The notes beneath the pieces were generated by a model. The model had not been told where the DNA came from. It made no database searches and saw only the letters and a program-made list of their open reading frames with translations. The position numbers and the translations under genes are program-made. A stretch of 54,065 nucleotides of DNA, the filler included, from Perkinsus olseni (taxonomy: Eukaryota): the NCBI GenBank assembly GCA_013115125.1. It is 2 parts of 2 records of this genome, joined end to end, with 100 filler letters (N's around TTAATTAATTAA, not from the genome) between each part and the next. Parts side by side here need not be neighbours in the genome. Positions count along the whole stretch, not along the records: positions 1 to 26,988 come from JABANN010000475.1; 1 more part is not named here. One strand, 5' to 3'. Positions 1 through 13,260 of the stretch are shown here, piece by piece (the stretch's first letter is position 1; every line of letters begins with the position of its first letter).

Positions 1-166
1 AGCTTCAAACACGCAATATGGCATGAATTAGACTGATTTTAGTGATTTGCATATCGAATTGGAACACCCTGTAAAGTGATTACGAGAGTTTTAATCGACT
101 TCGAAGAACGTCTTCACGTGTACTCTTATGCAGTGTGCCACTTTCCACTTAACACAAAAGCTATGA

Positions 167-980
167 TTAGGAAGAAGCATCATACTCGCTAGCATTTTCG
201 CCAGTTCGGCCGCCGTCCATTGGACAATCTGCTGTGACAAATACGTCACCTGAAAGGGTCGGCCATGATGGTGTAGTCTCCCATGCATCCTCCGAGTTCA
301 CGCCGCTCACTGTCTCGGCGCAAGTGGACATACCGTCTGCGTCTCGAGTGACAGCCTCGAAGACGTCCCCAGAGACACCCCGCCGCCTCTTCACCGATGA
401 AAAAGCATCATTATATCTGTTTTCACTCCGAGGAAGGGTGATGTCCAAAGCCAGACTGCTTGCTGTCATCGCATCAACTATCTGAAAGCACCATTACTGT
501 TCTTTTCACTCCCAGCGATACCTACTCCTCCGGACGGGATAGTCAGCGCATTGGTCGGCAGAGTTCTCCGCGCTGTCATGTGCTCCTGCACTTCGTGAGA
601 GAGCAACGCGCAGAGCAAATCGAGGGCCTGAGATGAATCCACAATCGCCTCAACACCAGCGTTGAAAGAATGCTACCTGCTCAGTGTACTCCTCCACCCC
701 GTGGCTCTTCAATGATCGCACCACAAGCTCTCGTCGCTTGGACTCCGCAGTTTTCAGCGTCTGAGGGAAACTCGGCCGTGAAGGCCTTCCGAGGGAGTAG
801 AGCTCCACCTGCCTTAGTGTTATTAATGATAGTCTTCAGGGAACCCGGCACAGAGACCAGCAAATTGCCCCCTCCTCCACCGCCATGGTAACCATGGTAG
901 TGATGGCCGCCACTAGCTGCAGCCGCCGCCGCCGCCGCTGCAGCTGCTGCTGCTGCTGCAGTAAGATTCGATGATGACAT
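167..980 (-). CDS. Hypothetical multi-exon protein with N-terminal poly-Ala/His/Gly tract
   Basis: ORF 681..980 starts MSSSNLTAAAA...; GT-AG intron-like gaps (~629-677, ~483-522) link it to the 167..469 ORF. No family recognised; 3' end uncertain. Confidence 0.35.
915..960. repeat. GCC/GCT trinucleotide repeat encoding poly-Ala
   Basis: gctgcagccgccgccgccgccgctgcagctgctgctgctgctgca seen directly. Confidence 0.85.
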
Positions 981-1234
981 TAAACAAACCCTCTACTGGC
1001 AACACGTGGAAGCCTCTAGAACTCAGGGCCGGCCAACTCGAGCAGCCCTCAAGCGTGCAAACAATCGTCCACATAACTGGTAGAAGAAAAGAAGACAATT
1101 TCGGCGACCATCACGTGCTAAGGCACACCACTCTGAACGTACTGCAGTAGAGCGTTCGCGTATCCGAACTCCTCGTCGAGTGCCTGAGAAGACTGTCTAT
1201 CAGGGCAGACCAAGCTGAATCAAGCTTACGGCAG

Positions 1235-4055
1235 CTATACCATCGGCCGGTCGTGAGGCCAGATCCGTTTCGGGTTCGAGAACTTGTCGGAAGACTTCCC
1301 GTCGTCTTGTCTCGATACGTCTTTGCAATTTCTCAATCCTCCGACGGCTTCTACTGACCGAAGCGTCATAAACCTCAGGGGTGCCCTCCCCTGATTCCAG
1401 TCGACGGATGTCATCCTGCAGTCGAAGGACCTCCAAGGCGGCATCCTGAAAGCGGTCATGGCACTGAAGGGCGAGCCGGCGATGACGTTCACCTCGCACT
1501 CAGCTTCAACGGCCGTGTAGAAGGCCCCAGCTGCAGATAGTTTTCCACCATCGGAAGCCGCGGCGATTGACCACAGAGCCGGCCAGTACCACTCCTTCTC
1601 CAAATCGCGTGCATCTTCACCACGGGACTCCCTGCGCCGTTTAATATCAAGCGCCAATGAGACCACCAAAGCACACTGCTCTACTCGACTGAGTTGACGA
1701 GGGCCCGGCAGCGTCTCCTGACTAGGAGGCGGACAAAGCGCAAAACTCTGAGGAGAATTCAACAGTCACAAGGAGCGGACCTCACGGATGAGTCGATCGC
1801 TACCTCGAGTTCGGGGTTGATCAGCAGTGCCATCTCGCAATCAGGCACTTCCGGACGATCAATGAGGACCTCCAATGGGCAGCCGGGGACGTGACACGGC
1901 TTGAGCCAGCACTCAAGAGTATCTTTTTTCACGACAGATCCGTGCTTCAACCACCATACCTTGATCTTCAACGGGACTCGTCTCGGGCTAAAGTGGCCAT
2001 CGAATTGTGCTTCGCTCCGCTTGTCCCTTTCAGAAACCCATGGAGGGCGTTTAGATATAACGCAGGGAGTGGTCAGTTGCCACAGCCTCAGAGCGTAGCC
2101 AGAACTCGTCACCTCCACGACCGAGTACACCACCGGAAGGCCCGGCTCCCGCTGCCAAGCAGTCATCCAATCGGCAATCTCATGAGCCGCCCAACCACAG
2201 GCGTCCGCCATAGCACGCCAGAGATCTTCCTCAGTATACGTGGATTGGCAGTGTCTCTTCAACAGGACCCCTGAATAAAGAATGCTACTAGCCATCCTGA
2301 ACGCGTCATGCGGTTCCTACGCAAACCGTCGATGAAGCGCTCCTCCCCGACCGCGCTTCGAAGCATACGGAGCACGCAAGCCCCTTTGCCGTACGCGATA
2401 CTGTCGAACAGGACTTGACTGTCCCCCACAGCGCTCCGCCCAGGACGCGACGAGCTCCCCTTCTTGCACTCGATCGGATGAGACTCTGACAAGACCTCGT
2501 CGTAAAGTAACGCAGCAGACTGGAGCGCTCGCCCTACTTGAAGGCGACGCGTCAGCAAGCATCGCATCGAATTGGACTTCGGTGATGAAGTGCTCCCAAA
2601 TGCTCTCGCCGAGGCAGGGATTCAACCTGAGTGCTCACGTGCCATCAAGGACATCTGACCATAGCCTTCCTACACACGCAGCTCGTCCACAGAGATTCGA
2701 TCATCTCCCTCCCAGCCCGGCATGAGCTCACACATGATGAACTCGAGTAGCCTCGCCATGCCCTCCTTTAGCCAGAGCTGCTGAAAACTCCTCGGCGTGA
2801 GCATGTCGCCAAACCACATGTGAGAAACCTCATGGCACATCAAGCGGGCCACACGTCGTCTTCGACAGAGCTGCTCCGACAGATGCTTGAATTTTGGAGC
2901 ACCGGGGTTGCCGGGATAGCGCCGACGCTCTCTCTCCAGAGCGTCCATCTCGTCAGCGATCTTCGGTAATATACAGTACGTGTCCTTCACGGAGATGCTG
3001 CCGAAAGTCTCCAGGCCGAGCCCTCGGTGATGCGGAAGTGCAACGATCCGTAAAGGGTTGGGCGGTGGAGGGAAAGCAGCAACCTCTCCGAACCAACGCA
3101 TCATCTGCTCAAAGGCGAACGCCGCCGCGTGACCAGCCACGACAGGAGAGAGCCCGAAGCCATTTTGGTTGTGACGTTGCCGTTTATCCAGCAATTCCAA
3201 GCTAGAGGTGTCAGAAAAACCATCTTCCTTAGAGAAGTAAGCGACTCGGACTCGTGAGCTCGCCTCGTACTCAGAGAAGGGGCCGATGAAGAGCCCGACA
3301 GTGTACGTGGGGAGACGGAGGTCCCCTGGAGTACTGAACTCGACCCAGTCGCCAGTTCGGCGCGGCGCACTTATCGAAGTGACCATCATGTCAACGACCT
3401 CCCTCTGAGCGACCCGCAGAGTGAATGCCGCCTTGAAGCCAGGATCATCAACGCATGGAAAGACCCGTCTCGCATGCCTCGGCTCAAGGCTCGTACCGAT
3501 ATAATAGTCCTCCGACGCGTTATTGAGTTCACTATCGTCATCAGGCGTCTGAATATCGCCTGCGTCCAGACTGCTGATGTGGCCTTTAGCGTTGCAGTCA
3601 GCGGTGAACAGCCCCCTCGGAGCGACAGCCATTGTGCTTCCGTCAAGGGAGCTCTTCAGTACTCCACACCTATTCAGTTGCCCTGTGTATTCTATAGCCA
3701 CTTCAAGGTCATCCTTAACCACAGGGACCTCAATGGCGAGTAAACCCTCATCGAGCTCATACCGTGCCGCAACTTCGTCAACTCGCAGTGAAATAATCTT
3801 CATTCCAACAGCATGCAAGGACAGGATACTATGCTGTTGATCCGCGGCGAGTCGAGCCGAGCAGGCGGATTTGATGAGGACTCGACCGCGAAATCGGCCC
3901 TTGGACCGGTCGAAGTCGCTCAGCGATATGTCGTATGACACAGGTACGAATTCATCACCAGGCATGCCCGCTCGGGCAGAAAGGTTGTCGATGGGGAGCC
4001 GGTCATCAGACGGCAATTCGGTAGGAACCGTGTCATGGTGAAATTTAAGAGTCAT
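1235..4055 (-). CDS. Peptidase family M1 zinc aminopeptidase (aminopeptidase N/puromycin-sensitive-like), multi-exon
   Basis: ARRVFPCVDDPGFKAAF; HEVSH-x18-E zinc motif (HEVSHMWFGD...LWLKEG); downstream exons give FDSIAYGKGACVLRML (catalytic Tyr) and TEEDLW. Short GT-AG introns join ORFs 2670..4055, 2317..2625, 2259..2567, 1759..2295 and 1235..1762. Confidence 0.9.
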
Positions 4056-5115
4056 GAGGCTTTAGGACATGGAGAGTTGTTGCGGGTGAATTAAAACTGC
4101 TGAGAAGAAAAACTACTGCCCGGTACAGCTTTCCTCAGGCGCGTTCATACCAAAATTAGTTCAACGGGCTGAACAATATCTGAGGTAGCCTTGTACAGTA
4201 CAAGTTGTACTAGACCCACTGTTACAGTGGCACTGTATTGATTGAGCCAACTCGAGATGTCGAACCTTCAGAGTGACTCTGGCGCATTAATTTAATCTCT
4301 CTGAGGCTCAGAGAGATTAACTTAATCAGCGTAGCTAGAAGATGCTGACTCAAGTAGTAGAACAAATTCCGACACAGAGGACCACCCATCACTAGACTCC
4401 TCCCGACAGTTTCCGTCCTTAATGACGAGAATCGCATGACAATGACAGCATCACTATGAAGGATCGGCAAGTGCTGTTGGCAACGTTCCTCTAGCAGTTC
4501 AATCACCGGCCACCGGTGACCGGCGGCCAACCGGGCTTTGCGATATTGCCTAGAAATATACTCAAGGTTGAGACTATAGAGAATAACTGTCAAGCCAGGG
4601 TTGGTTGAACAGCAACTCCCGTGCTGTGTCCGAAACCCGTTGAAATGCTCAAGGTCCGGGAAAATTTCCCGAGGAAATTAACGCGGAATCACACCTCGTC
4701 TCCATTTCCGGAAATTCTTGCCGCCCGAAAAGCCTCGTGCGGAAACAGCGAGCGAGGACTCGAGCGGTCAAGTTTTCCGTGCGCTAAATCCTCGCTGCGA
4801 GCGCTGAAGCGCACTGCTTCGTCCGGGCTTCATTCTTCGCGAACGCAGTACCGTCATGGAGAAACACCGGATGCCATCCTGGGAGACTTCCGGGCTGGGA
4901 TACCATGGAGTGACATAACATAGGTTCGAGGGCCCTTGGAACTTGACGACTTACAGACACTCAGCCTTAGCGTTGCAAGCCCTATCGAGTAGTAGGCTAC
5001 TTAGTAGCTTAGTAGCCGTACTAGTAGTAGCTCGATCGTGTTGCTCTAACGGTTAGAGTCTAACGTTGATGATGGACGAATCACTAGTCAGTTGAAAGCA
5101 ATTCAATTCAAGCTC

Positions 5116-7877
5116 ATGATCCTTTGGCGCCTGGCTCTGGTGGCCGTCACCCTGCGAGGAATTGACGCAACACTGAGGAGCCCCTCAGTCAGTAAGAGCA
5201 AGCGAAGTGCACACTTCTCAGTCCTTCGGACAGGGTTGAATCAGATGAGTTGGATGACCCGGCCTACCCCCTGGACAAAACTGCCTCTTGCAGCCTGGAT
5301 CCCCTACTCTTCGTAGTGATACATGCAGCCTCCAGGACGACGGGTGGATCCACGGATCCATCAAGCATAACGAGAGGGGGCAAGGTTGAGTTGGGCGGAC
5401 TCTAATCTGACTGAAAGCCCCTACAGGTATTTCTACCTGGCCGCGAAGGCCGAAGATCGACCACCCGAGACTGCCCCTACTTTCATACAGATGTTCGGGG
5501 GTCCTGGGATGAGTTCAGTTGGTGGCGCATTGACATCGACTGCCCCCTGCTATGTTTCCGAGAGTGGAGAATCTCTCGTCACCAATCAGTAGGGCAAAGG
5601 GATCGCCCGAATCAGATCCATCCAGTGGTGTAGGTATTCGTGGACGAAGAACGCGAATGGGATATGGATAGATGCCCCTGGCGGTGTTGGACTCAGCGAC
5701 GAGCTCAATGACGACACTATTTCTGAATACGTCCAGCGGATGTGAGACCTGTTCCGCTGGTTATATGATATTCCGCATTTGATGTACGGTAGTCTCCTCA
5801 TGGATAGCTTCACACGGCTTCTAGTTGACGGTTGCCAAGTGTTCTGAACGCTGTGTTGCCCCCGTCCGACACCTTGGCTGAGCCTTGGCGTCATTTGCTC
5901 TCGTAGGACGCTCACCATCGAAGGCATACTCAAGAGGCACCCCTACCTGGGGAAGGAACTCCACGTTATCGGACATTCTTTCGACAGTAGGAGGCAAGCC
6001 AGTACTCGATTCTTGTCTCCACGCTTGGAATGTCCGTATGAGTGCACGACGACCTCACAGGCGGTCAACACCCGAGTTCAGGTTCAATCGCAATTCTGGT
6101 AGCTTCCGAGCTGATGGAGCTGTCCTTACCAGTGAAGGGTGTTTACAGTATTGACGGATTGAATGGACCAGCTCAAAGGTGGCGGACCTCCGCGGCCCGT
6201 AGGCGCTGGAAATGTCCACGCGCAGGTGCAGCGGCTATTTAGAGGTAGCGACTCGTCGAAGCCTGGTGGAAGACTCTGAGTAAGGCCGAGACTGGTGCAG
6301 TCGAGAACTTCCAACCGACTCATTCAGAATTCGGGAAATGAAGCAAGCGCTTGAGGGCTGTCGTGCCAAGCTTGAAGAGTGTCAAACGAACTGGGAGTTT
6401 GACAGCGGTAAGAACGAATCGCCCGAAGTCAAGCTGGGTTGGAGTAAGGTCTGACCTTAAAGGTCATTCCCCCAGGTGCGTGTAAGAGTATCCAAGCACT
6501 GTGGTCGAAAGTGTTTCTGAATCCCGTTAAGGACAATTTTGTGTCTCTGTAAGTAGTTGATCCGTTGTCAAACTTGAGGAGGATAAGATGCAAGCATTTT
6601 CAGGTATGATATGAGGACTGTACCGGCAGGCGAATGCTTGTTCTTCAAATTCCACCCCGGCGATGTAGTTGGATAACGTCGATTCGCGCTAACTTTGCAA
6701 CCATGACGCTTGCCAATTGGAGACCAGGCGTGCTCAGCACGCCGTGCTGGGTGTTCTTCTCCCTTGGCCATTTATCGCCAACCAGCATTTGACAGCGCTG
6801 ATGCTTCGCTTAACTGAAAGCTGTCGTGCATCAATGTAGCACCGTTTGGATTTGATCAGGCTGAGCTCTTCCTCAACCAGAAATCAATCCGAGAACAACT
6901 TGGCGTTTCCAGGGAATTCAAAACTCTCAACAAGCAGGTGGTATACTCAAGAGCGATATGACCTTACGAGCCAATGGCCAATCATCCCAGGCTCTTCAGA
7001 AGTACACGCAGCCCGATACGACTCCTGCTTTGGTGTCTTTGCTCGATGCAGGGCTGAAGGTGAGCACTCAGTCAACCACGGTCCCTCTCTGATCCAAATA
7101 CCATCTAAAACTCACTATGCTTTCATGAAACCTTCTAACGCGTCTCATACCGGAAAAAGCCTTCCACAAAGGAGCCAAAATGCCTAGAACACATCCTCAG
7201 TGGCCCCTGTCATCTTAACTCAACTACTTTCCCCAATCGGAAGCTCCGATGAAAACAGGATCATTTTAAAACTTTCTGGTACCTTTTCAGGTCCTAATTG
7301 CTGTTGGGTCCGAGGACTACATAGTGAATACAGACTCCACTCTGATGTGGATGAGGACACTCAAGGGGGAGTATGACTACAGTACTGTCGTGCTGCAACA
7401 AGCAACAGCGTTAAAGGTATGGAATGGGCTCGTTGGCTGACGGTAGCTCAGATTCAAAAAATGCCGTATACGATTTCCATCGCCGAACACTCTCCGTCGC
7501 ATTGACGAAAGACAGCGTAATTTTCCGTTCAGACGTCCAGGGACGAAACCGTAGGGGATGTGCGGAAGAATATTTTCGACAACGGAGCGAAGCTCGCATT
7601 TATCGAGGTGAATGGCTCTCTCACGCTGAGCTCCCAAAAGTCCCCAGGATCTTTTTAACCTGGAATTGTCTCCATTCTGCGCCACCACTGTGTCTGGCCC
7701 GGGGACAGCCAAGCGTGGACGATAAACTTAGCGAGCAACTCCCTTCAGATAACAGAGGCCGGCCACATGCCATACATGAACAACCCCGCTGAGATGGAGT
7801 GGCTCCTCGGAGCCTTCATAAATGGGAACCTCTGGTCAGGCGATGCAGAGTTAAGGCCGACGAGGCCCCATAGTTGA
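5116..7877 (+). CDS. Serine carboxypeptidase (peptidase S10) with signal peptide, multi-exon
   Basis: Signal-like MILWRLALVAVTLRGIDA; exons encode FGGPGMSS, YSWTKNANGIWIDAPGGVGLS, HVIGHSF (nucleophile Ser), YDMR, LLDAGLK/VLIAVGSEDY (catalytic Asp region) and ITEAGHMPY (catalytic His); TGA at 7875-7877. Confidence 0.88.
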
Positions 7878-9081
7878 TCGAAGGAGACAATACAATGTAG
7901 AAATGTACATAAATATATAATATATAAATATATGTACATAAATGAAATATACAATGTAGACAGTACAATAATGTAGAAAGGCGAATGCGACTTTCAATAG
8001 TCCGTGTGACCGATATTCGACGAGTTGCAATGTGTGTCAGTAATGTTGTTGCCATCAGCACCGCGTGAAGTTAGCGGGAAATGGTCATAATACTTCGTAA
8101 GGTACACCTAGTCTACGATCGACCTATGTATCAGATAATCCAATTGATGGAAGTTGATTTCAAAGCTAATTTTCGTATGAAGCCCTCTGTTCCATGTGAG
8201 CTGGCCTGGTCAGATTAATTTTATTCACAGCAGCGCGAAGGAGCGATTACTCGAATGATCTCAATGACGTGAGGTTGAGGCAGACCAGGCCCCAAACCCG
8301 ATTGCCCGCCAATTTGACTGCGCCAAAGCACGGAAAAGTTGGAGTAACTCGACCTTCCGCTAATCGACCCGGTAGAGGTGAGAACTTCTTGCAACTGTCG
8401 AAGTGACGATGTGGCGATCCATACCGCACAGGGCACACCGATGTCGGCAAACCTCGCTTGCGAATCACACTTGGGATCCTGGGAACTTACCAATTCAGTC
8501 GCGCGCGAATCGACAAAATCATTTTTCTTGACTCGGTGAAATGCAAACTAGTACAGCCCGGCGGTTGGGACTTTCGTCGAGACGAGAGCCGCCTGGGGCA
8601 CTGCACCCCTGCCAAAGTGAGCAGCAGGCCTGACCTAGCAAGTTCCATCCACCTCACCGCAGTCATGGATAATACTGAATTTACAATTCCATCCGCAGAG
8701 ACTGCCGCTCACAACCAGTTCACCTCAGGTAAATCAAATGCATCATAACGCTAGCCCCCTAGAACTTCATGATAGTACCCGTTCCTTTCCACCGCACTTA
8801 TGACTGGGCCAATCAGATAGGCTTCAAATATGGGCAACTAAGACAGTGAGGCAACCGATAATGACAGACTCCAGAGCACAACACTCACAGCAAGATGATA
8901 TGAAACCACCTCATCTAATAAGGGCGTTAATGAAGGTCACTGAAAAGAGCGTAGTGCAGGGTATCGACTGGACTTAAGAGATCGTTGAAATAAAGTGCTC
9001 CCATCGGGCCGTGAGCCTTCGCATCTACCCGCGCAAGGTTCCCACATGCTCCCACTAAGAAGAAGCACCAAGAATTAGGAC

Positions 9082-9967
9082 CTACTTTCTAGGGCACAGG
9101 GTCCTGTTGAGCCAGTCCAGGCCCTCGAGGACACCATCACCCGTCGTGGCACAGCACGACTGTACGAACCATCGCCTGTCACGCACGGACTGTAAATCTA
9201 GTTGATCTGTAACCTCGCTGGTCTTCTTAGCGTTGGGAAGGTCCTGAAAGCTGACCACTGCCGTCCTAACCTGGCGGCTTCTCCTAAGAGAAGGGGACAG
9301 ATGTGGACCACGTGATCACCTGTTTGTTAGCGAACACCAACAAGACTGCATCTTTGAGCTCTTCTTCGTGCATCATTCGCTGCAGCTCGTCCTTAGCACG
9401 GCCAATACCTATTCGCTCAGGGCACTGTAAATCGGCGGCGGTCTGACGCCCGCCTTACCGTCGTTATCGGTGGAATCTACGACGAAGATCAAAGCCCGTG
9501 TGTTTGTATAGTAGTACCTACCCACCAAGAACGATTCAATCGTCAACCTGACTGATCTTGAAAATGTTCGGCCGACTCCTTCTGAAATTCAGAATCGGTT
9601 TTCGTGCGTCCAATGTGATTTCAGAATTGACTCTGAGCTTCAAAATCAGTCCACCGAACATCCCCGTTTCCTCTCCTATGCCACCACAAGTACCTCCACA
9701 ACGGTCTGATGCTGTCCCTTCGACCAACGACCCACGAGGTGAAGGTCATATTATCGCCTTCAACCGTCTCCACGTCAAAGCCGATGGTCGGGGTGGTCGT
9801 GACCACCTCCCCCAACTTATGCAGGATGGTGGTCTTACCTGACCGCCCTCGCCGGCTCAACCGCGGTTTTTCCGACTTTTACCTGCGTCGTTGAGGCCCA
9901 CCATCAAAATTCGGAGCTTCTCTTTGCCGAAAAAACGGTCCCTCAGCGACGAGAATTTGAAGCCCAT
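9082..9967 (-). CDS. Divergent Arf-family paralogue with degenerate G3/switch II motif
   Basis: Five exons with the same intron positions as the neighbouring Arf1: [55 protein letters not shown]...[29 protein letters not shown].../...VFANKQ/DLPNA...[17 protein letters not shown]. The reading frame appears intact. Confidence 0.85.
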
Positions 9968-10264
9968 CGAGAAAAGTCAACGACACTTGATGAGGACGGC
10001 TCATAATTTAGTAGCTTTCACTAGTACCTCATCCCACTCGACTTTATCGATGCTGGGCTGCCGCTGAGCTTCGAGTGAAGGGAAACTAACACCGTCGGGC
10101 AGCTGATAATGACAGACTACGTCACACAACAGCCGGGAAACTGATATGAAACCATCTCATTAAAAACAGCGTATTGCGGAGTACTGATTGGATTCGAAAA
10201 ATGTTGCAATAAAGTGCTCTCACCGAGCGGTGAGTATCTCCCCATGCAAGTTTCTAACATGCTA

Positions 10265-11003
<739 letters not shown>

Positions 11004-11168
11004 CCACGACGAGCAGAGGAAGAAGAAGTCTGCAACAACCCTGACCAAAATTCGTCAAATTTGTCGCGAATTCGAAAGCATAAGCGCTCGCCCGGCGCAA
11101 TGTTTGACGATCATCGTCGGAAATTTTTACGAGTCCATTTGACTTCTACCAGCCCCTTCTTATTTAAC

Positions 11169-11648
11169 ATGTGGTCCACTGTGAGCACCCTCGCCTGTCT
11201 TCTCTTGAAAGTGCACGCTTTGCAGCGTATTGGCTCAAGCCTGAGTGACAACGCACCTTGGGGCAGTGGCCTTAAGGTTTTCCGGGCTGTAAGTTCAGTC
11301 GGGTTCGATCCCCTGTTGGGGTACCCTTCTTCTATTCAGAGCGACGGTTTAGTTTGCCAACTGGAGTCCACGGGCTATGTCCTCGCGGTGAATCTTGATA
11401 CGACAGAGGTTCTGGCTGAGGTCCCCGGCGAAGACGCTATAAGGTGAGTCGCCTGACTGCCTTCAAGAGCTCAGCGTGTGTTGTTCAGAACCGAGATTGC
11501 TTTCCCCGACGACTCTCCCACCGAGGACGACCATGATCGCTGCGTTGACGCCATCAACAACCTCGAGGGTGACATTGAGGACTCAGACACCATCGAGACT
11601 GTCGTCAGAACCACATACGCCGCCCTCATCACTACGGACCTGCAGTAG
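11169..11648 (+). CDS. Small acidic hypothetical protein (~110 aa), multi-exon
   Basis: ATG at 11169; GT-AG introns join ...GYVLAVNLDTTEVLAEVPGEDAIR to TEIAFPDDSPTEDDHDRCVDAINNLEG...TTDLQ* (TAG 11646-11648). No family recognised. Confidence 0.5.
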
Positions 11649-11854
11649 ACCATCTTACGCACTTTTGTTGTGTCCTGTTCACTACCGTTGAGAGCCCTCG
11701 CCATGATTAATCATGTTCGCTTGTCACTTCTGTTGCACGCTGACTTGCTCTTGTTAAAGTCGTTAGGATTTACTTCGCCGACGTTATCGCGCCTGACTGA
11801 TAATAAAAACGTCACAACGATGGTACCCTACGCTTCCTCACGTAGTGGCTGCTA

Positions 11855-13260
11855 ATGACAATCACCCGTAAAGGTGCTGTACGTCACTCCAGGCACAGCC
11901 GTCCTCGCAGGTCGCACGATAAACCTGTCACATTCGCAGACCTTCCCGACCTAGCCCTCCTCACGATATTCGCCCTGAGCGGTCAGCCTCTCGTCTGTTC
12001 CCTCATCTGCAAACGGGCGTTACAGATTTGCGATGCCTCCTCTGGCCGGTCACTGTGGCGAGGGTGTCCGGGAGGTCGAGTTGAGTACGCCCGACGCCTG
12101 CGGGAAAGGCGGACGGCTGTTGCGAGCAGGCTCCGTAGAATGACCCGAAAGGACCTGCTCCCCAACCTACCCAGGCAATGCGACTACTTACACCTCCGCA
12201 AGTGGACGCTCCGCGTTCGAGAGGGGAAAGCTGCCCGTGACGCAGGGCCTTTCAAGCACACTCCAATCGAGTGGACCTTCGAGCTCTCGGACCCCGGCCC
12301 GTTCGTGGTCTCCGCCTCTGGTACCGTCTTTCGCCTAACTTTCTCCGCTCACCGGAGCGATCGGAAACCCCTCACATGGGGACTGGTCCGAGATGCCACC
12401 TTCCGACTAAGTGTCCGATCAGCGGCACTACTGGGCGTGGAGGCGTACGTCTGCTTGGCGAAAGTTGAGGCTCTCGAAGAGCCAGTTGAAGGTTGCGATG
12501 AGGTGTCGCTGATGTCCGCTGGCCGAGTGGCGGTCGGTTTGTGGTCGGACGACGAGGTTGCGGTTATCTACCTCAACGTTCCCTTCTACGACATAGTCCG
12601 AGCGTTCGGCCTTGCCACTAGACTGCCGTCCTATCGATTGAAGGGAGTCCCTGACGAGTTGGAACCCCTCGCAGGGCTCAGAGGTCTAACTGTGATGATC
12701 GCGCTCAGGGACGGCCCAACGGTTGTGTTCAGCAACACCTTCTATCGTGTTGACGCTGAGGACCGCTTCACACAGCAACCCGAGCCAGCTGCGGTTTTCA
12801 ACGTTTTACGACCGCATCAATCGGGCCGTGCCTTTGAGTTCCCCATCGACGGCAGTCTTCGGTTGGCTTGGCGGACCAGAGCCTTCCAAAGGTACTGGCA
12901 TGCCGTTACCGTTGATGTTGTGGTCTTCAACGAGGAGCATGAAGTACTGTGGAGTGCCAGCGAGGTCGCCCCGCTGAGGCCGGCACCCTCGTTAGTTGAT
13001 GATGAGACGATCGATTTGGACGCCAGTGAGGACTGGATGCATCACTACGTCCCTGTGGTCCATCCGAGAGTGGCGGCCCTTGAAGCCCACGCTCTCGAGT
13101 CGGGCGATGGGAAGTGAGTCATCACCGGTGACGGTTGGCCATGGTTTTCTCTGGCAGGCACTGGCGTCTTGATTCCCTCACTATGATGATTGCGCTAGAA
13201 CACCTCGATGCATTCTATGGAACTAGCTATTCGCATAGAGCAACGGTCACTGAGTTGTGA
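11855..13260 (+). CDS. F-box protein, FBXO15-like
   Basis: F-box-like FADLPDLALLTIFALS...VCSLICKR. C-terminal blocks VAVGLWSDDEVAVIYLNV, GLRGLTVMIALRDG, PIDGSLRLAWRT, DVVVFNEEHEVLWSAS and last exon WRLDSLTMMIALEHLDAFYGTSY resemble animal FBXO15 as recalled; intron at ~13114-13157. Confidence 0.7.

Noticed and set aside
7888-7980. AT-rich stretch with repeated TACAATGTAG/TACATAAAT and ORFs 7745..7954 and 7816..8061
   Set aside because: Low-complexity 3' flank; ORFs are compositional artefacts and there is no regular repeat-spacer (CRISPR-like) structure.
11225-11240. TTGGCTCAAG resembling the 3' end of the dinoflagellate/Perkinsus spliced leader (also GGCTCAAG near 34888)
   Set aside because: Only 8-10 nt match, the upstream CCGTAGCCAT is absent, and no GT donor follows.
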